The position numbers were made by a program, and so were the translations under genes. From contig NW_026866227.1 of assembly GCF_026571515.1 (NCBI RefSeq), positions 1 through 64,000 on the forward strand: 64,000 nucleotides of DNA. The letters run 5' to 3'. Shown here piece after piece: positions 50,826 through 64,000 of the stretch. The DNA comes from Ruditapes philippinarum (taxonomy: Eukaryota). The number at the start of each line of letters is the position of its first letter. Position 1 is the stretch's first letter. The notes under the pieces were generated by a model. That model was not told where the DNA came from. It saw nothing but the letters and a program-made list of their open reading frames with translations, and searched no databases.

Positions 50826-53112
50826 TTAGTGTCAAACTTTATTTGGCCTCATTATCATTCACTTTATTACGTCACTATGCGGTTTTATGAAGTACTATGA
50901 AAAATAGAAGTCGACTATGGACGTAGTTCGATATAGTATCGACTTTTGTACTTCTATGAAAATTAACGCACATAATTTTTAAGAAATACAGCGTTTTCAT
51001 TGGATGACAAATAAAGCTGGACACTAAGTAATAGTTGAAAGAGAAACATGGTATTAAATTACGGTCCCTCCCATGCAATACTAAGACACCTTTGGCAAAT
51101 TTTAATGTGTTATTTGTAATTATTTGTTGGTTTTTTTCGGAGTCATAATAGCTAAATCTGTGATATTGTATAATGAAAACTGTGATATAAGATCTCAAGT
51201 ACATAAAAATAAAATATGATATATCTTCTTCATGTTGTTCATAAATTCCATTGTTCTTCATCAAAAGGTACACAATTTTAAACTGTAAAAAATCACAAAG
51301 AAAACAACATAATGTACAATTATTTTGTCACAACACTCGTGGCATTATATTAAATCTATTAAAATGAAATGATCAATATCTTCGTACACGGCTTATACAC
51401 ATGATTTAATATTTCAAATATGTGTAATGTTTATACATACCTGCATCAACAACTGTTAAATTTCCCGCCACGAGGTTCCGCGGTTGCACTGCTGTCTTGC
51501 ACGCGCACTTATTCTACTCATCAAACAGATGTCATCACGGAGCTAAAATGAAATAATGTACAAATCTCTGATTTTACATATATTTAAAAATGAAAACTTT
51601 GTGGTATATACTTTTCAACAAATAACCTGATTAACTCAGCTCCGAAATAATGCTATCTGAACTTCAGTTTATATTTATATCGCGCACATAAGGACAATTT
51701 CATTGATATAGACTCACTGATACTATCTCGTTAAATATTTTGAGCGGTTTAGAATACAGCTTCGGAAAAAATCCGTTTAAATGATTGGTTTTCTTTTGAA
51801 AATAAATGGCGGGATTTCGTGTTATACGTACATGTATAAACATTTATCACTTAGGGTCACGCTTGCCAAATAGCAACCTGGTGTGTCTTTTCTTGAGAAT
51901 GTTACAGGCGTTAAAACTAACCCAGTCGAAGAGAAAGTGCTGCAGTTAGTGACATAGACAGAAATGACTGTAATTTCGAGGCTGACGATAATGACATACA
52001 AATTCTGAAAGTGGCTAACATTCTGACAGAAAATCATGATCACTCTTTATTACTTTTTTAAAAATCTTTATAGCATACTTTTATCCACAATTGAGAGCCC
52101 ATTAAAGTTTCATTATGCCTCGGAAATGCTTTCATTTTTATTTCTCAAAAACGCTTTATTATCTTGATATATTTCCCAAAAAATACTCATTTGTCATAAA
52201 CATGAACTATATTTTGCTATATTGCTCTGTTTGCAGTTGGTATAATTGTTTTGAGTGGAAGTCAAAATACTGTGTCGACATTTCGCTAACTTTACGACAC
52301 ATATAACTGCACATCAAGTGCTACTTCAGTTGACAAACATATTACATGCTCTTTAACATTATTAAAACACTATTAAACAAATATTTGAAATTTCCTGAAT
52401 AATTAAAAATATATGGATTTCTGACGCATAATGTGCCTTTAAATTACCAGGCATAATGTGTCTTTAAACTGTCATTTAATTGTAATACTCTTCTCAGGAT
52501 AGAAAATATTGAAGTAGGTACATCGAAAACGTTTCATATTGACAGACAGTAACAGGAATATAAATAATATACTTACTACGACCAAATTGCAATTTAAATT
52601 GATCAATAGTGAACAGGAAGAAATATAATTATCTATGTAAGTAGGTCTCGCTCACTATTGAGTTCAACATATACATAGGGTTGTTCTTTATATTTTCATA
52701 AAACATAAAATCACATTGAAAAGATGGACTTTGTTCGATTTTAAGTTTACCGTGTGTCACTTTTCCATCTTGAGAAAATATTACAAACGAAGTTTGAAGT
52801 TTTATGCCACAGATATTTTACGACGTAACATTACGAATGTATATTTATAGAAATACCAAATTGAGTAAACTTGATATATATACCTTTAAGCATAATTTAT
52901 AACCAGTCGCTTATCCAGTTTACTTCAAGAATGTGCCCTATGGCAGAATATCGAGTCTTCCAAATGAAGTCATCACTTACGTATGGACGTAATGTATATC
53001 TTATCATGAAGAAAATATGATCTAATGAGGTCATATTAAATGTGAATATTCATAAATCGTTAAAACCATAAATATAATGAAGTTGAAACAGATACATAGT
53101 GGACATTAAAAC

Positions 53113-54605
53113 ATGACGGAATCTAGGACAAAGTACAGTCGATGGATGTCCGACTTACCACAATGGATAACCTTTGTACCGATCAGTTGTTTAGCAATTC
53201 CAGGTTAGTCTGTTTTTATGTCAACATGGTAGCGTTATTGTCCTTTTTTTTCTTGTAAACATCTTTACAATTTTTCAATGTCTCTTTTTAATATCTTTGT
53301 AACATGCAGTGTTCTGTGTGCAGTAATATTACGAAATACTTTAATATTATCTTTATTGTTATAAAACTTTTTAAGGGCGGCCTCCATGACCGTGTGATAA
53401 AAGTAACATCCCTCGCTGCTGTGGGTTCGAATCCCATCTTAGACTTCGTGTATTGAACCTATCCAGATAATGAACGAACGGTCGACGCCGTTCGTGCCGG
53501 AAGTAATGTACAGAGAGACACCTGTTGTCTTTATCCATCCGTAAAGATATTGCCTTTTCATTATAGTGCATTAATTGTCTATGTGGCTTAAACCCCGATC
53601 AGGTAATACATTATATACTTAACTAAAGTGTGCACTACTTGCAAGTGTATTATTGAAACGGTGATCGTTCTGTCTCTGTTTGACATTTAGTAAAATGCAC
53701 TCATGGTTGTTTGAAATATTTTAACAGGGTCCCATAATTCCGGCACAAGTGACCTTGACCTGACCCTTGGAACAGCTGTCGACCAAACTTCCGGCGTTAG
53801 AAGGTTAGGAAACACGTGTTGCGGCCAGCGTGTTGTGCACAGATGGTCCAAGACTCAGAATCTCAGCATTATGGAACAATTGCACGCGGGAGTTAGATAT
53901 TTTGATTTCCGGGTTGCTGTTCATCCAGACACCATGGAGTTTAGATTTGTTCACGGGCTATATGGCGGTCTGGTACCACTAGCTTTACAAGACATTAACA
54001 CATTCCTAAATCAAAATCCATACGAAGTTGTCATCTTAGATTTTAATCATTTCTATAACATGAACCAAACTGCGCATAATATGCTTCTTACTGAAATACG
54101 TAATGTTTTTGGACAAAAGTGCGTGCCTCCACCATTCTCAATCCCGAACTATAAAATGTGGGGTACAAGTCTTGCGGCGCTATGGCAGACACCATACCGG
54201 GTTATAGCTATATACCACGATGACAACATCATTCAGTACCCGGAAATCTGGACTGCGAGCACGATAGAAGCCCCGTGGGCAAACACAAGTGATATAGCTG
54301 CTCTGATAAGATTTCTAGAATCAAATTACTCCAACAAAATGAGGTATAAGAATGACTGTCTATATTCCTGGCAGGGTTTACTCACTCCAAATTCTAAGAA
54401 TATAGCGTTTAATCTCGGCTCTAGTTTAGAGGAGAGAATGGCGTCTAAAGCTACCCGCGAGTTTGTAAAATGGCTGAACGGCGGGAAAGTTCCAGGACCT
54501 CAGGGTATTAACATATGTAATGCTGACTTTGTAGAGAAACACAACTTTATTCAGACAGTTGTCGGTCTCAATCAATATATATCGGAAGTACCATCTACAT
54601 TTTAA
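53113..54605 (+). CDS. PI-PLC X domain-containing protein (PLCXD family), 322 aa, exons 53113-53203 and 53728-54605
   Basis: WMSDLP...LAIPG|SHNSG, WSKTQNLSIMEQLHAGVRYFDFRV, FVHGLYG, FLNQNPYEVVILDFNHFY and INIC.ADFV; both catalytic-type His present; phase-1 GT-AG intron. The paralogue (PLCXD1/2/3) cannot be assigned. Confidence 0.92.
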
Positions 54606-54650
54606 AACTGTGTGTTAGACATTTATGTAAAGCTTACGCAGGTTGTAAAT

Positions 54651-54770
54651 GGTTCCCAATAAAACCAGGATCAGTGGTTCCAAATAAAACCGGGATAAGT
54701 TCAAAATAAAACCAGGATAGATGGTTCAAAATAAAACCAGGATAAAAGCTTCCAAATAAAACCGGGATAA
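54651..54770 (+). repeat. ~24-bp minisatellite, each unit containing AATAAA
   Basis: Five copies of GGTTCCAAATAAAACCRGGATA starting about 45 nt after the PLCXD stop. Confidence 0.85.
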
Positions 54771-55679
54771 TATATCACGTTGTAATCTATATCCCTGTTA
54801 ATAAAAGCTGAAGATACTTAAGTCATCTCTTTTTTAAAATTTAAATGAAAAAAAAACGAGTATTAGAGGGAGAGTAAAATGTTCAGAATTTCCTTAGAAT
54901 ATGCTAAGGCTGAAGAATGCTGAGAGCGGAGAAATGCGTAATTCTTGGTTTAATTGTTATCCGGGATAGATGGATCAACGCCGAGACATGATCAAAAATA
55001 TGTTAAAATACGGCGTAAAAAATAGAAGACAAACAAGTAAATATTTCCTTTAACTACGACAGATTTCATATTTAGTAAATAAAGTGGGAATGTTTACATA
55101 GCGGTCACTTCCGGTGATCTTTTAACTGGGATCAATTAATAGTGACCAGGTGACAGATATCATCGTTGCTGGTCAATAAATTGACATGTAGATATTAACA
55201 GTACAGTAAATGTATCATTTTTGACTAATTGAAAATTAATTGCCCTGTTTAATGAGTCTAGTGCAATTAATTAGTAACCTTTCTAATTCTTATGAATTTG
55301 ATTTGATGTCATTTTCCTTTTGTATTTCTGTTTTAGAAAACTGACTGTTTAACAATTATATTACTTGACCAGCAAATATAAATGAGTTATTTAAAATATC
55401 AACTTATATAAACATAGGATACAAAGACAAAGAAAAATCACTATGTGTGAAACTCTGAAATTAATAAATAAAAGTACTAATAGATGAAAAGAAATAAAAC
55501 AAAGGAACAAAGGTATAAAACAGGAAAATATTTTATTAAAGCAGGTTATATTATGATGTGGCCCCCAAAACAATTGATAGGAGTAAATTATAAGTTAACT
55601 GTTATATATAACAAAGAAAAAGAAACAACTGATAACATTACTACAAGTATAAAGTAAAATAAAATATAATAAAGAGTAA

Positions 55680-55865
55680 CCAAATATTTCCAAGTATTAC
55701 CAAGTATTACAAAGTTAATCCAAGTATTACGAATTATATCCAAGGATATCCAAGTATTACATGTAATTTCAAGTATGACCAAGTATTACAAAGTAAATCC
55801 AAGTATTACTAATTATATCCAAGTATATCCAAGTATTACATGTAATTTCAAGTATTACCAAGTAT
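55680..55865. repeat. Degenerate CAAGTATTAC minisatellite
   Basis: Repeated ~10-bp units with a larger duplicated block. Confidence 0.8.
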
Positions 55866-56829
55866 TTGTACATGAATATACACCAAGAATGAAATAAATA
55901 CTATTTCCCTTTTTTGTAAGCATTTTCCACTTCAAACATTAGTTCCCAGTTTATATAAATGCCACCATAGTTTTCCTGAGTATGAATGAAATATTTTTAT
56001 TAAGGACAAAATATCTGTCTGATCTTTTCTACATAGAATCATTTTATTTTACAACAACAATAACAAGAAGTTTAAACTTTAATATGGCACACATAGAAGT
56101 AAAACAAATCTCTGTTTCAATCCAATAACTTGATTCTATCAAGCGTAACTGTGTAGGTCCAATAATACATAGGGTAGCTAAAATCTTTAAAAAGCTAAAA
56201 TAATTTTAAAAAGCAACACCCTAGAAAAATAAAAACTTAAAATATGATTACAGTAACAAAATGTTCAGATCAATTGGATTAATATATGTAATAGAAATAG
56301 AATGTTTGTACAAAAGAATAATTAATAGAAAAAAAATTGTCTGCAAATATATATCATAGATAGCATTATTAATACTAGAGTTTATGTTAATTTTAACAGA
56401 CATTATCCAATTACTATTATACAGGAAATGGTTACCCTACAGGTTTCAGTTTTCAACTAAATAAAACATTATATAAAAATGTATTGGTTAAAATCAAAGA
56501 AACAATGTACCACTATCTCAATATTGTAGGAAATTTGAATTATTGATGACTTTAAACAAATCTGAACTGTTCTCTTCATTGTTAAAGACCCATTATGTCA
56601 CAGATATGCTATTTTAAGAAGCTTTTAATTCTAGTGTCCAGTTGCAATGTCTAAAAAGTTACTCTTTGGCCAATTATATGAACCTTCTTAAGTTTCTGTT
56701 GCCTTCTGGCAATTAGTAAAGTTATAGTGATTTATTATTTTGTATGCAAGTAAAAAACTACTTTGTTTACATTTTGCTGCTTTAATGACATATAAGTTCC
56801 TATTTCTACAAGTGGTAAGCATTTAAAAT

Positions 56830-57006
56830 GAGCCGTGTCACGTCAAAACCAACGTAATGCGTTTGCGACCAGCATGGATCCAGACCAACTCTATTACAAG
56901 TAGAGAAACTAAGCGAACAGCATGGATCCTGATCAGACTGTGCGGATACCCAGGCTGGTCTGGATCCATGCTGGTCGCAAACACACTATGTTGGTTTTGT
57001 CATGAC
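56830..57006. mobile_element. Palindromic MITE
   Basis: AAAACCAAC....TTTGCGACCAGCATGGATCCAGACCA has an inverted copy TGGTCTGGATCCATGCTGGTCGCAAA....GTTGGTTTT. Confidence 0.75.
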
Positions 57007-58266
57007 TAAAATCATTACTCATATATCATTTCCTAAAGAAGAAAAAAATTATTCTTTTCTGAGGCATAATGTGTCTTTAAATGTCAAAGTTTATATTTGT
57101 GGTAAATCAGACTGGACCTTTAAAACTTCAAGCAGAACAAATCCTTATACAGAACAATAAAGCTAACATAAACAGTCATGTATTTTATAACTAACAATCT
57201 ATCCAAGGTTCAAGTTTCAATAACTAATGCCTATATTACATTTCTCTAACCATGAAACAAGTGTTCAAATAACATAACAAAACACTAAAATTGTAAAAAC
57301 AAAGTTAAAATGACAAGTAAAACAATTAAATATTCTCCCTGCAAGCAAATAAGCAAATAAAATCTAAAAAAATGCTTTATTTAAACAGCACCTCAACTAA
57401 AACTTATGAAAACTACATAGAAATTTTCAGTAAAAAAGGGGCAAAGTTTCATCAATTGGCTCAGTGAAAAAAGGTCTGAAATTTTTTTTTCTCAAAAATT
57501 ATAAAAAAAATTCTGAAAATTTTCAGTTTGAAATAAAAATACATTCCATTAATTTATTACTGCAAATAATACCTTTTTAAACTTACTAGTTTTCAAAACC
57601 ATTCTGAACAAGTGGATATCCTTCATAAACAAGGAGGTGAAAATGTAGGTCACAGTTTTATTCAGACTGTTCATCAAAGGTAATAGAAAGTGTATCATTA
57701 CTCATGCAGCAAGCATTGGAAGCAGTATTACGTCTCTTAAAGGGCAGAAACATAAATAATCATTGATGCTGTAAGTATAACCTGATTGGTATACAATCAT
57801 TGATATATGACTTATAGTCTAGTTTTCACTCCTTTTTTGTGTCTGGCACCATGAAGGTAACACTCAAGTTTATCAAAACAAGTATGACTCAAGGTGCCAC
57901 TCCAGGTGCCACTCCAAGCAGTGCCCCACCACATTTTTATTTCATGAGCAAGTGACACCTGTGTAGAACCACTGACCTGCTATAAGCTAATTTAAAACTG
58001 TCCTCATATGATCAAATTCAACGTTCATGTACAGATTCAAACCTATAACAGATTGTTGCAGATGATTTAAAGTCGGCAAACATAACCACTGGGCCATGCA
58101 GGACCCTTACTTTCAACAGATCAAGATACCTACCATGCATATTAAAATTATTGTTTAAAAATAATAACTAAAATATCTACAAGTAAAACACAATCAACAA
58201 ATCAACATAAATATTTGAGATCCTATACAGCAGTTATCATTTGATTTATATATAATACAATGTTAA

Positions 58267-58609
58267 AGCAGCATGCCTCCAGATTTATGCTAATTTCTGT
58301 GAAAATGTTTGTATTAAAAAGTAAAATATTGCCAAAAGAACAAAGAAAGTAATTAACACATTGCATACTTTCAATCCATGTAAATAACCAATGGTCAAAA
58401 TATGCAAAAAATAGCTCTTACTGTATAAGTCATTCAGTAGAAATATGGGGATAAATACTTCAAAGTCAGACATTCATTTCAAATAATATGTGAATCATTA
58501 CTTGAATTTTGAATGTTTTTACTTTTTTAAATCTTTTTAAAATCTATATACATTTTTGTCAAAGTTGATTTTCTTGAAATTTGTTTGGCTCATCTGGAGA
58601 CATGAAGCT
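58267..58609. mobile_element. TTAA-flanked MITE (Kolobok-like), related to 25248-25592
   Basis: TTAA|AGCAGCATGCCTCCAGAT ... ATCTGGAGACATGAAGCT|TTAA. Confidence 0.75.
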
Positions 58610-59474
58610 TTAAAAACTGGCTGCTGCTCACCTCTACAAGCTTTAACAAAAATAGCAAACAAAAAATACAGCTGTACGGCAAACTGTTTTAACAACTCAA
58701 AATTCTGTATTCTATACAATCATATACTTCTACCAACACACAGGGGCTCAGAGTTATAAGTAAAATAATAAAAGAAGTCTTTGAAAATTTAAACAGCAGT
58801 TAATTTTTTAAAAAAGCTGCTCCACAAATAACTTTAAAAAGAAGTCAGTTTGGAAAATTTAAGGTCCTTTCACTTAATTTCAACAACTTATGGGTCCATT
58901 CACCTAATATTCACCGGGAACATACCATGGTCTAACACAAATTAGATAAATCAATTTTATCTTATATAAATTATCATAATGTTATTTAGGAAGAAATGCA
59001 TAAAATAAAAACCCACTATTTGAGTAAATTTCTCATTTCTGTATAAGAAACCAACAAAGTTATGCAACATATATTTACACAAATTTAACACACAAGATTA
59101 AAATCTCCAAATTTGCTCATTCCATTGCTATTACAAACCAGTAATTTACTACATCACCAAATGATAAATATTGCCTTAATATTTACTAGTGTCATATAAT
59201 TCTGACTACTAAAGACAGTCAAGATGAACATTAACAAGTTTATTATTTTTCCAGTCCTTATTTTCATTTCACAAGACCAAATTTTTATGCAAGCCAGCTT
59301 GCTCCATACAACCCATGATCAAAATAAAGTTATATTTTAAAGTTTTCTTTGAACCAAATTAGATGAATGATTTAGAATATTTCAAATATCCTCAATACAA
59401 TTAGATATTTTACAATGCTGAAACTTTAACTAGTACCATTTTGATGTCCTTTAGATCAACTGAGAAAACTGTCA

Positions 59475-59680
59475 ATTGGAAATGAATTAATGACTGACAG
59501 ATAGGAAATGATTACTAGAACAAGAGTCAATTAGGAAATGAATCATTGACTGACGTGTGACTGATAGTAAAAGAGGAAATGAATACATGAATGACTGTCA
59601 AATAGAAAATGAATCTCTGAATAACAGCCCCAGGAAATGAATTAATGACTGACAGCCCAAAAGAAATGAATATATGACAG
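59475..59680. repeat. Degenerate GGAAATGAAT...TGACTGAC repeat
   Basis: About 7 imperfect copies. Confidence 0.6.
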
Positions 59681-62600
59681 ACATACAGTCCAAAAGTGTA
59701 AAGCAAATTCTTAATTCTAATCTCAAGCTCTCTAGATCTAATTAATGTATCGTAAAGTACACAATTAGAGACAGAGTTCTTTATAAAACATTTGCTTAAT
59801 CATTTACTGTCATAATACTATATATAACTAAACAGCAGTCAAAGGCATTAAACTTAAAATAAATGTGACATCATTATATCATACATCATATTACATATCA
59901 ACATAATTATTAAACATCATCAAGAGCCCTGACAATAATGTTACATCATAATTATACAGATCTAATCATACAATTACCATATCAATTAAATAACTACCAT
60001 TTCTATACTAATTAATTAAAACATCACCATACAACACACAGAAACATAACATCTTATATCTCAGTAATATAAACTTAACAGAAGGTAGTATTAGAATATA
60101 CACTCTGTTTGCAAACTTTAACTGATCTATTTTATATATAAAACATTATTAGTCATAAAGATTTTTGACAAATTATATGGCAGTCAGTTTAACATTTTAA
60201 GGCTGGCTTAAGCCCTTTGGCGAGAGCTTATACAAGTAATCTTATACACAGATATATAACCTGTAAAAAATCTTTATAACAAATTTATAGTACAGTGGGA
60301 ATATGAAATTAAATACAAAAATTTATAGATGCTGTGTATATAAATTATATAAAAAACAGGACAATCCAATAAAAATGTACATCATATTATTATATTATAT
60401 ACTTTTCTTTGGCTGGCTTTGTACACTTTAAAAAGACATAAGGAAATATTTCAGCTTTACTGATGAAGGAAGACCTCAGGTGTCCATCATACATTATTTC
60501 AGGTATAAGAGGACACCAAAATAAAACTACTGACACACTCTGTAACTTAGTTTGCTTCCTAACATAAAAATCCAGACTCCCCGGCAGGATTCAAACCCAC
60601 AGAAAATGCAACTGGGGTATCAGAGCAAAAAAAACAAAGTGCTGGGTTGCATTTCATAGAAAATTGTAAGTCTCAAACGTAAAACTAAAATTAGGACTGA
60701 AATAAGATTACACACAGGAATTTTCTTGAAATGCAGTTTACGACTAAAACCGACCCAAAGTGTTTTTTTTATGAAACGTACAGCTGATTTTTACGATTAA
60801 TGCTAGTTAGATATACATGAACACACAGGATAAGGTAGAAAGTATATAAAGTTTTAAAAGCTATTCCTGATTATAATATATATACATATACAATAAAGCC
60901 CGGATAAAATATATCAGCACCAAATTAACTTAAATATTAGCTCACCCGAACACCTATCCTGGATTAGCTCCCCTGTCTAACAACACTCGACCCTGTAACT
61001 TTGACAGAGTATTTAACAATTTAAAACATTATGCAAATGGTGGGACTTATAAATCTCAATTTAAAATCAAATTAAAGTCTAAACCTACATAACAAAACTT
61101 CAAAGATTTTCAGATTCAATAGGAGAGAAAACTAACCATTTCATATAAACTTTGGTTCATTTTTTTTTTTAAACAAAAGGTAATTAAAACAAATTGAAAT
61201 TCTTAAAACCAGGAAAAAACAGCTTTTCAGAAGTTAAAATTAGAAAATAAACTGTTACCCATTGCAACTACAATTGTTTCAATTTATCACTTAAAATATA
61301 TGTTTAACACAAAAAATACGAAATTTCTTGGGTAATGAAACAACTTTCTTCCTTATAAAACATGTTTCTAACTAATATACATTGCTACATAATTTGACAC
61401 AACTGAAAGTATAACTTTTACAGCATCTTACTATTTTAAAACTTTTTTCTCTTGTTACCAATTAATTTAAAAAAAAAAAGATACAAGTAGACATGTATGT
61501 ACAGACCAGTATTGTGTAATTAATGTCATATTTCACATTCTACATGATTATATGAATGACATCTGCCAAATACCGTTACTTCAAATGTATAAAGCTATAT
61601 ATCTGCTGCAAAAGTTGTAAGAACGAAATCATGACTAAACATTTTTCTGTTAACATACAATATTCATTTGTGTAAAGAACAGAGACAACTTTAAAATTAC
61701 AACTCCTGCGAGAATCGACCATAGTGTTATGGAAGCAATGCTACATTGGTTAGCTGAACTATTGGTTAACATTTCAGAATTGTGCATGTGTGTAAAATTT
61801 AACTAAAACTTCAAAATTTAATAAACTGACAACATAAAATATTAATTCAAATGCATTGTAACATCTGTTGTACACCTAATAACCCATAAACATGCTTAAA
61901 ACCAGATATGATAAACCTTTGCCACCAGTATAGAGCCAGGCCAGTATTACGATGAAGTCTGACCAGGCTCTTTAATGTTAACAGCTAAATTTTAGTATTT
62001 TGTTATTAAAATCCCTTAAACTTTAAATGGACTGTTCCAGATTAAAAGTAGGACAAAACAATTATACAAATTCAGGAGGTTAAGTGTTAAATTTTACACT
62101 ATAATATCATTATCCTTGTACAAATATATACCGTAATTATTATAATTAACAAAAAAACACACAATACCAAACAAGGCCCCTGGTGGTTACAAAATGTGTT
62201 TACAACAATTATTTTTAAAAAAAATCCCTGCAATTAAAAGCTAGGTATTTTACATTAAGACAGCTACATGTATAGGTATAATAAAATACCATATTAAATA
62301 ATTATAAAATGTTTAAAATTATGTCATTATAAAACTAACCAACATGATAAAATCATCAAAATAAAGCAAATTTTATTCATTTTGATAAATCATTTTCTAG
62401 TTGAGTAAAATATTCTGACACTGTTAAAGTCATGTGATCATTTTCCAGACCACTGATGCCCCTTCAAACATTATTTTTAACAAATGAGGAGACCCAAGTA
62501 AAAAACAACTTCCCTTCCACCAACAATCAAAAATAGCTTCCTCTAACATCACATATTTCAACAGTCATTGATGGATTTCAGCCCATGGTACAGTGTGTCA

Positions 62601-63017
62601 TACAATAAAATTTGAATAAATATGTTACCCTGATTATTAAGCACTGTCTTCTATCGGTGACTTTAAACATTACAAATATGTATTATCTCCTCATATCAGT
62701 GTCAAAAATACTACAAATTGTAACATCATATTAGCACTAGCTGTATGTCTTGTTGATTTACTTATAATTCAGACTGTTTTAAAACAACAACAAACTTCAT
62801 AAATTTACAATCATAACAAAATATCAATATCTTAACAACAATGAATGTTTATTCAAAATGCATAGAAGTTAATCGGTTGATTCCAGCAAAAAATATCTTT
62901 GCTATTTGGTTATAAAGTCTTAGTTGACTGGTTAATATTAGTTTACATTGGGTGCCGAGTTCTCACAGGAAGGATAAAATGCGCTAAAATGGTTAATATA
63001 CTTGTTTTAAAGCAAAA

Positions 63018-63103
63018 TTACAAGACACTGCTTGATTGGTTAGAAGAATCTTGAGGAACATGATTCGTTGGTTGTTGACCAGCTAGTCTGACACTCTGAG
63101 CAT
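63018..63103 (-). CDS. Possible terminal coding exon of a minus-strand gene entering from the right edge
   Basis: ttttcacattttaaag| acceptor then (D)AQSVRLAGQQPTNHVPQDSSNQSSSVL*; followed by kilobases of U-rich (on -) sequence resembling 3'UTR. Confidence 0.4.
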
Positions 63104-63409
63104 CTTTAAAATGTGAAAAATATCACACTTTTATCTGAAATATAAATAGATAAACATTAATAAATAGATAAACATTCATAACTATCAAAACAAACTTACA
63201 TAATCTTATACAATAAAGACACAACTTCTTATAAACAAATTTTCAGCTTTCTTATATAAAATTTTGGCAAGTAATTCAGAGGTGACACCAGACTAGAGGA
63301 GTACACACAGTACAGTAAAACTTCTTCAGAGCAACTCCTGGAACTGGCAAAGATTTAGTTGTTATGGAGAGGAGTTGCCCTAGGAGGTAAATTCCGTGTT
63401 AAATATTAA

Positions 63410-63775
63410 AGGGACTCCACTGAGTGAAATCATAAAACTTAAAAACATAAAAATTAAATGTCTCACAAAGCTGAGTGGAGAATATCAAAACATAATGATA
63501 TGCAAAAAATAATTAAGAAATTTACTCAGAAATAAATTGAAAATCATATTTGTGGTATTATAAGTCTGAATTTATTGAAAAAACGCTTTTCAATTTTTGG
63601 TAATTTTTACAGTTATAATAATTTTTCTGGAAAAAAGGGAGAGTGTGAATGGGGAACCTGAAATTTTGAACACAAGCTATTGGTCTAGACACCTACTTCA
63701 AATGGAACATAAAAGTCGAAAATTTATTTTAAGTCTTCACTCTTGTTATGTCAAAAACCCTCAGTGGAGTCCCTG
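63410..63775. mobile_element. MITE with AGGGACTCCACTGAG inverted ends
   Basis: TTAA|AGGGACTCCACTGAG ... CTCAGTGGAGTCCCT. Confidence 0.65.
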
Positions 63776-64000
63776 ATTTCAACTGATTAGGAGTGTCATG
63801 TGACCGATTATCAGCTTGCGGCCCGGGGCTATAACTGATAATCATAATCGGCCCGCTGAAGACAAGTACATGCACATACTGAAACAATGATGTCACATTT
63901 CACGTCATCAAAACAGCAAGCTTTAATAGCGAAAGTAGGATTGAAGTACAAATTGCTTGATTTTATAGTTAAAACATAAGTGTAATTTCTACAAACACTG

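Overview
AT-rich eukaryotic (animal) genomic DNA; the repeat families look like those of bivalve molluscs (inference, species not determinable here). The window holds: (1) a roughly 19-coding-exon XPC (Rad4 family) gene on + at 4397-27716, whose first coding exon lies in a stretch that looks damaged by homopolymer sequencing errors; (2) on -, three mitochondrial ORFs in a row behind one apparent first exon: SMIM4/UQCC5, BRAWNIN/UQCC6 (missed by the ORF track because it is split over two exons) and GATC; (3) a large disordered repeat-containing protein; (4) a tandem CARD-like gene with ISRE-like and TATA motifs upstream; (5) a PLCXD phospholipase gene; (6) possible ends of two more minus-strand genes; (7) many SINEs, LINE fragments, Helentron/DINE-like satellite-carrying elements, MITEs and minisatellites. 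The most interesting signal is the apparent spliced tricistronic transcript SMIM4-BRAWNIN-GATC, with spacers of 24 nt (spliced) and 88 nt (genomic). It would extend the known Drosophila sloth1/sloth2 bicistron with a mitochondrial translation factor. All gene models and homologies were worked out by eye and from memory of the human proteins; none was confirmed by search or RNA data.
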